This document shows positions 53,773-64,000 of a stretch of 64,000 nt of DNA, one piece after another. Both the position numbers and the translations under genes were made by a program. How positions within the stretch are numbered: position 1 is the stretch's first letter; each line of letters opens with the position of its first letter. The stretch is from Nitrospirales bacterium (lineage in GTDB: Bacteria; Nitrospirota; Nitrospiria; Nitrospirales; UBA8639), in NCBI GenBank assembly GCA_965203295.1, contig CBDBCZ010000018.1:2336001-2400000 (forward strand), given 5' to 3'. Below the pieces are notes generated by a model. That model saw nothing but the letters and a program-made list of their open reading frames with translations. It was not told the origin of the DNA and did no database searches.

Positions 53773-55648
53773 TTAGTCAAGTTTCATGACTACATGAGCC
53801 ATTTGTGACATTGTGCTGCCACCATCATTGGACACTTTGCATGTATATAGACCTTCGTCCTCATCGGTGAAGCAGTGGATAGTGTAGGTTGACTGGACCT
53901 CTTTGTTTAGGGAGAGTCCATTGAAGTACCACAGGTAACTGAGTTCTCCGGACCCAGTGGCTACGCAGCTCAGAGTTAGGGGGTCCCCGAGTTCAATCTC
54001 TTGTGGCTGGGGGTGCACTGAGATCACTGGTTTATCTGTCACTACTGGTGCTGTGAGTGGGAGGGAGAGAAATCAATAAGTTGGATGATAGTTTAATTCT
54101 GGTAACATGTACACCGTAATGACTTATTTACATCTGCAGCACAATAATTACCAAGCGAGATAACTCGTACCCAGGCCTCCCGGCGGGAGGCCTGGGTACG
54201 AGAGGAGAGAAGCAAAGCAACCAATCGTGTTGTATAGACTCCATGTGTGCAGGTTGCTGTGTAGTAACACTACAGGAATGTAATTACAGCCTGCCAGAGG
54301 ACAAAGAGACTATTTAAGAGAGCATACTGTAGACTCGGGTTATTAAGCGCATGCGCTTATGAGTCTGAGCAGCAAGGAAATATGCGCTTAACAAAAAGTG
54401 TGCGCTTATAAATAGCGATGTCTAGCACCGCCCATTAGTCCCACCCACCTTTCGCAACTCGTTCTATGGCTAGCTAGCTATCATGGCAAGGGGGGAAGAT
54501 GCGATCCTGATTCACGAAAGCATCATTCAAGAGCACCACGTGTACAAAATCGTCTTGGTGTTCAACGATTGGACGTCTGGTACAAATTATTGTCATGATA
54601 GTGGTTGACAACAGTCAGCTTGAACTCTCTTGCATAGCTTTTCCTCTTAGCCTTTCCCGATCTGTTCGAGAGAAGGATAGAAGCACCAGCAGCCGTAGCC
54701 ATCATGAGAATCTCCAGTGAAACACTCGGTAATACTTAGCACGTTGCAATCTCGATCTCATGCTAGAGAGCCCAAAGTTTAAAGTTTAATCGGGCGCATG
54801 CATGCGCTTAGTAGCGAGTAGCAAAAATCAGGAAGGAAGTATGCGCTTACAAAAAGTTGTGCGCTTATAAAAAAGGTGCGCTTAATTTTAATAACCCGAG
54901 TCTACGGTACAGTAGAGTTGAGAGCATGTACTGCAGTGGAGTTGCCTGCAGAGAGGCAGCAGTGATTTACGGGGGCAACATGTGTAGCAACCTAGAAGTA
55001 GTGGTAGCGATCTATGGGGGTTCACCGGCAGTGAGTAAGGCTGATTCGGCAGCATCAGACACTGATGGCCGCCATTCTCAAATAACTACACGCACTCCCC
55101 CATTTTAATTGGAAAGGAAGTGTGTGTATGCAAGTGTTGACTCTTCTAGATCTACATGTATAGGTATTGCTTCCCATGAGGCTTCCACATGGAATACCAT
55201 AATAGCTTACATGATGCTGACGCCTGAGTGGTAAAAGCATTTGCTGACGTAGGTGGAGCAGATGATGGCACTGGCTGTCCACAAGGCTCATCCTCGTCCT
55301 CTGGTTCTCCTCGACCCCGGTAGCCCATTCTTCCATACTGACCCCAGCGGTCTGGGGCACGTACCAGGGGACCCTGGCCATTGCTAATGGAGACTCTAGC
55401 AACTTGGGAATCCGTTGAGCCAGCACAATTAGTGACCCTACAGTAGTAGTCACCTCCATCGCTGTCAATGACTGAGTGGATAAGCAGCTCACGGCTCTCA
55501 CGGCCATTAATCAGCTCATTGCTTCGGTACCATTGGAATTTTGTTGAAGAGTCAGGGTTCTCGACATCAACGAAGAGGCGAAGTGGCTGTCCATACACTA
55601 CTGTAGAGCTGTAAGGCTGGACTGATATTCTGGGCTTGGAAATATGCT
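53773..55648 (-). CDS. Last two exons of a protein ending in two I-set Ig domains (MALT1-like Ig type)
   Basis: Exon 55648-55211 (438 nt, PRISVQP...FQWYR...DGGDYYCRVTN) splices in frame to exon 54050-53773 (PVISVHPQ...LTLSCVATG...WYFNG...DEGLYTCKVSN...KLD*). No stops; canonical splice sites. Confidence 0.85.
54327..54907. mobile_element. Non-autonomous Tc2/pogo-like TIR element in an intron, with a HIRAN N-terminal remnant
   Basis: TA|ctgtagactcgggttattaa ... ttaataacccgagtctacgg|TA. Internal MARGEDAILIHESIIQEHHVYK (cf. ES.IRG.HVYK); taagcgc repeats as in 5558-6162. Confidence 0.8.
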
Positions 55649-56849
55649 CTATGGATAGAGAAAAAAGGACACTTTATGGGTGGATGTGTGGTACAATTTC
55701 AAAGTATGTGAATAATTCTAACAGAAGCTACCTTTCGTGGTGTTGTGAAGATGAAGCAACAAGATTGCTAGCCTCATTCCCAGGCTACAAAAGGAGTGGT
55801 CTGGTAGACACTGTTTACATGTAACATAATGTACATGTAAAATTGCACACACATGACAAGCACAGATGCATAGGCGAACCAACCAGGTAACCTTGCTCAA
55901 CTTTCAGCCAAACAGAAACAGCAAGACTTCATCGATTTAACAAATTCACTTGGTAGCTTAGCATGAGTGTATTCTTCCATGCATGCGAAATGGTAAGTAT
56001 ACGGTAACAAATGAAATAACGAGCATATAGGGTACATGTAGCTGTGTTACGCTTGAATCACTACACTTCAGGGAGGTTGGAACTCTTAACTCTCAAGTTC
56101 AGAGAAGCACACACATAGCTACAGTACCATAAAGCTAAATTTCAAGTAATTGTTCATCAAAAAAGAATGCAGGACATTCTTATCAGTACCTTTTAGCATA
56201 GATAAATAATTGGCTGTAGATAAACACAAAATTGTCAGACTTTAGTGCACTGTACCTACGTACAGAGCTGCTAGTTTCTTCAAATGTCGGCTTGAAGGGG
56301 AGGGTGCCTTTTCTGGCATAGAAATTAATTTTGTCAGAAGATGCAGCAGCAATTTAATATTAAACTCATGCAGAATGTGAAATACGTACCAATAGCTGTA
56401 GTCCAAATGCTAAATGCTCAGACATTTGCCTCATCTGTACATGCACTGTGTTTCCTGGAACAATGCATGTAGAAGGAGTGTTGGAGCCTACATGATTACC
56501 AAATTCCTCCAAATTAGTTTGTTTCTATTACTTACACATTTTATGTCACCCAGGCAGCATGAAACAGGATTAGTTCTCTGTAGGTATAGTGCATGAAGGT
56601 TTACAACCACTCAGTCATGACATGTAGACTGCTTTCACTTACGTAATTGTTTTTGGACCACTCCTGGGCCGTACTTACTACACTTCTCTAAGGTGTCCAC
56701 TAGTAGGACACAACTGTGGCTCTGACGCAATCTGTTGTGATGTAACAGTACAACTTCAGCTGTGTATTTTCAGACTCGGCATAATGTAGTAGCACTATTC
56801 TTCAAGATACATGGCTGGTTTCTATATACATGAACTTTACTCCATGAAG

Positions 56850-57342
56850 ACATTGATGAATGCGAAAGAGACACAGATAACTGCAGCGTAAATGCAAACT
56901 GCTCAGACACTGAAAGAAGCTTCAACTGTACATGTGTCACTGGATATGAAGGGGATAGAGTGAATTGCACGAGTAAACCCAATTTCAGTTAGAGCTTTTA
57001 CTAAATATCAACAATTTATCCCACAATTGCAGTGTATATTGCCTGAAACCATTGTCACATTTGCACTTACTGAGAAATTACTGTAGTCGTTTCTTTTCTA
57101 TGCAGATATCAATGAATGTGATAGGGGCTCTCATGACTGATGCTAAAGCAGACTGCACTGACACCAATGGGAGCTACTTATGCACCTGCAGAGTAGGATT
57201 CAGTGGCAACGGCAACACATGCAGTAAGAAGTTCTAGTGTATTCATTGATCAAGTGCATTCATTGCATTTTCTCCCTCATGATCAATAGGTTGTACTGAT
57301 GGTCAGCTGATGTTAGCAAATGGCTCCAGCTCCACAGAAGGC
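56850..57342 (+). pseudogene. EGF-EGF-SRCR gene fragment
   Basis: Exon 56850-56972 DIDECERDTDNCSVNANCSDTERSFNCTCVTGYEGDRVNCT; exon 57106-57223 is a frameshifted EGF (DINECDRG.../CTDTNGSYLCTCRVGFSGNGNTC); exon from 57290 CTDGQLMLANGSSSTEG is a truncated SRCR start. Confidence 0.75.
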
Positions 57343-58117
57343 CACCGCCGCTCACGCTCACTCTAAATTCGTATGGGCAGAGAACGCAAGCACTATATAG
57401 GCTTAATTTTTTTCAACTGCCTGAAATACATTAATGTCTTGCAAGGCATTGGACCAGCAGAGATCTAGCTTCTCCTGCATGGACTCCTCTTTCTCTCCTC
57501 TCTCCACTGTTAACAAATTTACATATACCTTTGTGCTAATAGTCATAGTAATTTAATTGGTAAACATTTATACAAATCTAGATTGCAACTTTAACTCTAT
57601 CATCATTGTAGCTACTTTCACTCTTCCGGTTTTCTATGTTATTTGATTTATTGATTTGTGACTCCTAGTTTTAGGCCGGGCATTCTTGTGTATGCGTGTC
57701 ACGAAAATAAAATATTCTATTCTATAGTCATCAAACAGTACCTCCATAGGCTCAAGCAGATTGCAGTTTTATTAAACTATAGTATGCTATAGTCTTACAG
57801 TGCGTACTTCTAATTGTGCTCAACAAACTGTCGAACCAGCATTAAGTATATACAAGCGCGCGACAGCATACGGCATGCGCAGTTGCGCACATACAATAGT
57901 GTCTGCATCAAGGGTAGAATGCACAGCTGGGGATTGAACCCATGAACCTTTTCAAAAACACAATGAGCTACTAGATTGGCCATGGTTATAACACTCAGTG
58001 AAATTAGTTTTATTGGCTTTGGCTTCACCTGAGCTGCCACAGTACAATATAGGCCTGCTAGAATAGCATGCAAGTATGATCACTTTTAGCTCTCTGCTCT
58101 AATGTTTTGTCTGTCCA

Positions 58118-58322
58118 GGAGTGGGCTAATATTCAGAGATGTGCTAATACTCAGGGGTGGGCTTACGTATATTCAGCAGTGGGCTTATACTCAGGAGTGG
58201 GCTTATACTCAGGAGTGGGCTTATACTCAGGAGTGGGCTTATACTCAGGGATGTGCTAATACTCAGGGGTGGGGTTATAATCAAGAGTGGGCTTATACTC
58301 AGTGTGGGCTTATACTCAAGGG
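58118..58322. repeat. 18-bp tandem repeat (gagtgggcttatactcag)n
   Basis: About 11 variably conserved copies. Confidence 0.9.
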
Positions 58323-59347
58323 TGGATTTAATTATATGCTCTGGGTGGGTTAAAACAGGGAGAACAATACCCTATGGTGTTCTTAAAACATTGATATGGT
58401 ACCAATTGCCATCAGAGGAACTTAGGCATGTACGTATGTGTAGCTAGAACTATACCTAATCACCTGGGAAGTACTGCAGTGCAGCGTGGCCTGTTATCTA
58501 GTCAGCTTCAGGACAGGATCATGTATCTTGCTTCTGTTGTGTAAAGACAGACAGCCATCACCTGTATACGACAAGGCGGTTGTAGAGATGACATCAAAGT
58601 ACATCCAGTGCATTCTAGTTGAAAACCTAACAATTAGTGAACAAAAAGTGACATTCAGAGAAGAAAAAAAAAAATGTTACTTACGTACGTACGTACGTAC
58701 ACCACTTCGCACAGCTTGAACCCAGCATGCATACATTCTGAACATGGACCAGTGCATGCAGTATCTTGTCCTACGGGGGGAAATGTTGTACAACAATGTA
58801 ATGAGAGAATTCATTACGTTATCGTTTTTCAGAGTGAAGGTCTCTTACAGCTCTCTCCCTGGCAGATGGACATCTTCGATACGACACTGGGCCAAAGACT
58901 TGTGACCTAGTTGACACACTGAGATATACTGCACACTAAGTCTTATTGATTAAGTATAATCTGCAGAGGAATGATGCTCACTGTTCTCTGGAACAATCTT
59001 CACTACGTACTTCAATTCAACTATGCAACGTATGTATTGATTCAAACTGGACCTATTGGCACACAAAACTGGAACACTATTACGAGCAGAATGCAGTTCT
59101 ACTGCAGATGGATTACCGGGGGGGTGTAAGAGTTATAAATTTAGTGTTTCATTTCCTTATACTGGAAGATACTAAATTCCAAATTTAGTTTTACTGGATA
59201 GCAGGCATTTTTTTGAGTTTAATGTTTCATTTTGTATACTAGAAGGTCAAATTTGGACTGAAAATTGATTTTGAAATTGTGAAGATTGTCCTGGGGGACC
59301 ACAAAAACCATTCTGTCAAAACAAGTCTGACATTTCATGTCTAAAAA

Positions 59348-59769
59348 ACCAGCCAGACGCCTTTCCCGTACAATACACACAACTTAGCTTAGACCAAGCT
59401 ATTAAACTACAGCTGTAGAGCCAGAGATACTATATTCCTAGAACGGTACAGCGAAAGTGCTGACTCAGCAGTTTTGTTATACGCCTCCAGATAGTAGCTA
59501 TACGCCACCAAAACAGGATCTTTACGGCTACCTACCACGTTTTCGCCATCTAGGCAACACAAAGCTATCTTCATTTGCTGTAGCTTGGCCCGCAAACTTC
59601 CAAAAGCTGCTATACACTGCAGTTGCATAGTAACGTATGACGTAATATTTTGCGCACGTGATAAGTGCGGACGCACAAACAGACAGACAAACAAACAAAC
59701 AAACAGACGCGGAAAACGTAAATCAATCTTAGTACCAGCCGTTCGCGCGCTGCGCGCGCTCCGGCTGGT
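59348..59769 (+). mobile_element. HINE/DINE-1-like non-autonomous Helentron-associated element
   Basis: Starts accagcc in an A-run, has an (ACAG/ACAA)n microsatellite near the 3' end and a terminal GC-rich stem-loop accagccg-ttcgcgcgctgcgcgcgctc-cggctggt, then an A-run. No distinct TSD. Confidence 0.65.
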
Positions 59770-60694
59770 AAAAATCTGGTTTTGGATTAATCATATGAAC
59801 TATACAGGTTGCAGGTTTTCATATGCTGAACTAGCAAACGTCCTTCAATTGCAAGGGGGTCTGTGGGCATGCCTCCCCCTCATAATTCTCTATTTAACAC
59901 TTCCCTGAGATTGAAAAATAAGTAACCACCTACGTAGCATCAAAAAATGTTTCGTAACTACAGTAACTTTAAAAGCAATGTCATACCTTGACAGAGGGGG
60001 TGCGGAGGCATGTCTCCTGTGGGTAAAGGTCTGTACTTGGGGCAGCAGGCCAGTGTGATCTTTGTACTGTTCACTGTGTTGCTGTGCCAGCTGTGTACAA
60101 TTCAAATGTTATTGAAAGTTCATTGTCAATACTAAATTGCTGAGCACTACAGGCTCAGAATGTCAAGTAGCATGCATAGTTACATTCGAAAAATGAAAAA
60201 ACGTACGGGGATGAATCCCCCCAAAAGTAGCGTACAAGGCAGGAACACACCACACTACTTTTCAGATTGCCATCTCTAGATACATCTGACATGTCCAACC
60301 ACGCCTCAGTGATGATTTCAGCAAAAGCCAAGAACAATTAACCCAAGGACAGTTAATACAGAGGCTTGCAATGAACAGGTAGTTGCTATTTACACAAAGG
60401 GGTCTACACTAGGGATTAATAATGCATGTATAATATATGTATGTTATGACACTGAGCTGCATACATGCATGCATTCTCATTGCTAATGGCCTTCCCATAT
60501 CAATTAAGTGCAGTTCAGGCTGGTTGGTGAATTTTAAGGCACCATAATCAGATTTTTTTTCATACATAACCTGAGCACTGCAGCTACAAAAAAAGTGTAT
60601 ATCTTACAACGTATGCACTCTTACCAGTTAGTAAGTCCCCTGTACCCTAGCTATTTTAGATAAAAATGTGTTGCTTTGCAGAATAACTACTCAT

Positions 60695-61200
60695 GTTGCT
60701 GCCGTAGCGCTTATGCCATCGACCACGCACCCACATACGCAGGCGAAGCTTGAAAGATCTCCAGTCAGAGGACAAGAGCAAGAGCAACCAGATGTCTCAC
60801 CATTACCATCCTGATCGCCATATAATTTTCCTCCAGGTCTTCCTCTGCCTACCCCTACACGGCTTCACTTCCCATTCACTGTCTAGTAGTAATCTAGGAT
60901 ATCTCTCAGCATTCAAATTATTGACTTTATACCACCACTTAATTTTGCATCTATCCCTCCTGCCTTTCAAAGATTCTAACCCCATATCCCCCTACTGCTT
61001 CATTGCACGTTTTAGAAGAGCAGCCAAATATTTTTTTAGCTGCTCCTAGCTGAGTAAATTCCAAGGAAGCTGTCTGCCTTTTATTACAAGCCCACACTAT
61101 TCTAAGTAGGACTAAGTACCGAAACTAGCAATAATTATCCTTCTTGCAACTGTACTGATATTCCTATGACTTAAAAACCTACGTAATTGATTCAATTTTC
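60695..61200 (-). mobile_element. LINE 3' fragment
   Basis: ORF 60803..60985(-) MGLESLKGRRDRCKIKWWYKV...PCRGRQRKTW, plus the shared 3' end. Confidence 0.8.
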
Positions 61201-61559
61201 TCTCCTATATTCATTGTATCTACCTGCACACTACCTGAGACCAGCAACAAGTTGTTAATGACAGAATTCTGCTTCATACAAGGCTATACGTACATACCTT
61301 ACTGAATGTCAGCACGTGTTCTTCTTGCTGCAGTATGGTTGAGAGAGTATGGCATACTCTGCACCCAGTGGTCACGCTTGGTGACTGTAGTAGGCCTATA
61401 GAATTGATTATTGTCATATTTTCAATGTCAGCTATTCAGTTCTGCCTTCTAAAATTAGGGTATATAACCAAGGAGAGTAGCCAACATCAAGTGTGCATGC
61501 TGCTGGCTGCTGTAGCTAAGTGCTGGTGGCTACTGAAATCTATTACCTACAGCTAATAG

Positions 61560-63760
61560 TTTGAGATGACATAATCACTGTAGCTTTAAGCACTAGACTC
61601 TGGGAGAATAGCTGTTTGTGCAGATTTCAGACAAGTGCAAGAAAGAGTGGGGAAGTGTTCAGAGGAATATACGAGCGGGCTGCACACACTCTCAATAACT
61701 GAAAGAGTGACAATTAGTGCTTTTGCTATAGCCTGCCAGACACCATTACAGCACATATGTTGCAGGGTTTCATACACAGAGTAAAAGTTCCCGCAAAATG
61801 GTGAAGGCGAGTCTAATTTTTTTTTCACCTCGGGAGCATTATTTCTTACTTCAAGTAGAACAGCAGATCTTGGCAATAAAGTTGCAAACATTCTCCCAAA
61901 CATTAATTGTTGCCTGAGCCTTTGGTTATTGGTTGTCCTAAAAAAAAGGCAGTATTATTTATACCTCACACCATGAAACTTGGATAAATGTGTTGGAAAC
62001 AAGAATACTCGTCAAGGGGTAGTTCCCAAGCATCTACCCTCAAGATATTGGTGTCAGCTTTAGCTATAAATTATCGGAGAGATATTTCTCAGACCGAGTT
62101 GATGTACCCCAGAATATACTTCAGACACTGAAGTAGTATGTAAGAATATTAGCTAAAGAAACACTTTACCTTGAAATAGAGAAGTATAGTTCAACAAAAG
62201 TCATGCCACTCTCGCTAGCTGTCCTCTTTAGTGGTTTCCTGCTAGAGTTTAGGCTCTCCTGATGACTGCAGAGCACCAATGAAAACATTATTGATGAATT
62301 TCCCATACAATGAACGGTAGATGTATTATAAATGCAAATGAAGATATTGATCATGAGAGCCTACGTTACTCTGCAAACATGTACACCATATTTTGTTACC
62401 TTACAACATTGCAATTTCTGCATGGAATGCCATGACGGTAGACACTATCAACCAGTTGAGTGCACAGCATGCCCACACAGGCTCTCTGATCTTGGCCACT
62501 AGCTATATGCACGTGCTTGCTAATCAAAAAACTATACATGAAGATAAGAGTTTTGAATGCTACCTACAGGTTCGTAGTTACTGTAGAAGGCAGACATTAG
62601 ACTGAACTTATTACTATAGCAGAAGTCTGATTAATTAGTCCTGAGGTGGCAGCTGTTCATGCACTCATGTACAAAGGAAGATCTCCAGTGGTTACTTTGC
62701 TGTCACAGACTTGGTAGCTATTGTTATTTATCGTAATTCAAGTACACATCATAGCAACATTGCAGGGAATGCAGTTTTGTTGGTGATTCAATTTCAAACC
62801 AGAAGGCTTGTTATAGCCTTCTGGTTGATTAAGGAATTAATCATCCAAACACTCCTCTACGTGTGGACATTTGGGTGAGAGATTTGCCTATCTACGGTTT
62901 AGAGATGCTCACACAATCTGGTGGTAATGTTTGGTAGCAGTTCCAAATGTTGCACCATATGTATCCTTAATAGGACAGTATCCACCATACCTACAGAAGA
63001 AAAAAAGGAAATTTGCCTTATTCCAAGGCTCTCCCCGGCCAATAAATTCAAAACTAATGGCAGAAGCATTTTCTTGTGAACTGGAAACTACCCCCTCAGT
63101 CTGTGAATTGGTACTAACTGATAAACTGTATTGTACATTTAATAAATCTGTGTGTGGCACTAATCCCAAATAAACCCAAATCTCTAAAATACAGGCATAT
63201 GGTTCAAGATTCAGGGTACAATAAATCTTATAGGAGTCAATGTACTGATTTTGGAAACTGGCTTATGAGCATACTGGTAACCCACATCATGTTGCTGATG
63301 AGGTTTAGTTTCTGAATTGAATTAGTGCGTTTACACATCCATGTATATCGAGTTCTTTTTAAACGGGATCCTGAAATGCCTAAACAGAGCTCATGAATTC
63401 ATAAAAGGCAATGCACAGTACAGTTGATAGATCGAACAAATGACAAAATATTAAGCAATGCAGGGAAAGATAAATCCTGGCACTGTGTGGGTTCCATCTC
63501 AGGATTATATCTAGCACACTATCCATTAGAGCGCTCTTCAACTTGATGTTCGAGTCTAAATATTAAAGCTTATATATACTTGATAATGGAACTGTGGAAC
63601 GTTGGCTGATGTAGCTACAGACGCTAGTGTGGCCCAAAAAGCAGCATTCAGCTACTTAGTAGAGCAGCTAAGGTTAGTGTATCTGTCCCCATCCTGCATG
63701 AAATTATGCTGGAAATCAGACAGAAACCTTACCAATAGTTTGAAGTGTGAAGTCATGCAG
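61560..63760 (-). pseudogene. Possible highly decayed Cys-rich/multi-TM membrane protein gene
   Basis: Broken frames with R.E.LCG...GIPCRNC followed by hydrophobic stretches; many stops. Confidence 0.25.
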
Positions 63761-64000
63761 CCAGCCCAGGTTTGGATCAGACCATCCCCACCACCCAGAC
63801 TAAGGATTGGACTAGTCTCGCTCCCAGCTCACAATCAAGGCGAAGGATACTAAGGCGGTGTTAGCCTTAGTTTTGCGCTGGTAACGAGAAAACGACCTGA
63901 CCCAGAAATATAGTAGTCAGATACTCTCACCCATAATTTAAGCTACTTTTGCCTCAGGCAGATGAGCGGCAGTATCTGTTCCACTTACCCTGGGATATGA

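Noticed and set aside
58102..58447. Repeat proteins (QEWAYT)n / (SGLILR)n
   Set aside because: Translations of an 18-bp tandem repeat; no splice or homology support.

Overview
AT-rich, intron-containing eukaryotic DNA. The repeat families and EGF/SRCR/Ig exons suggest a non-bilaterian animal, most likely a demosponge (inference). The first ~34 kb is a nested segmental-duplication structure. A large imperfect inverted repeat (1-~12317 vs ~19608-26730) carries two decayed copies of a multi-exon kinesin-like gene; the left copy also has phase-compatible DEP-domain exons. Its spacer holds a 5'-only RCL1 pseudogene and a head-to-head partner gene fragment. A second inverted repeat (~26020-27559 vs ~32372-33958) contains Helitron/Helentron remnants and encloses a nearly intact hAT transposon with a 5-bp TSD (hAT5-like). 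Bases 1-710 recur almost identically at 33249-33958. The rest is a mosaic of LINE fragments, MITEs (Tc2/pogo-like with HIRAN fragments, piggyBac-like, Kolobok-like), a tRNA-derived SINE, a HINE/DINE-like element, hairpins and tandem repeats. It also holds exons of a type I membrane protein (+), a two-Ig-domain protein (-) and EGF/SRCR fragments. Most short ORFs in the track are spurious. All homology calls come from motif recognition by eye, and coordinates of degenerate elements are approximate.
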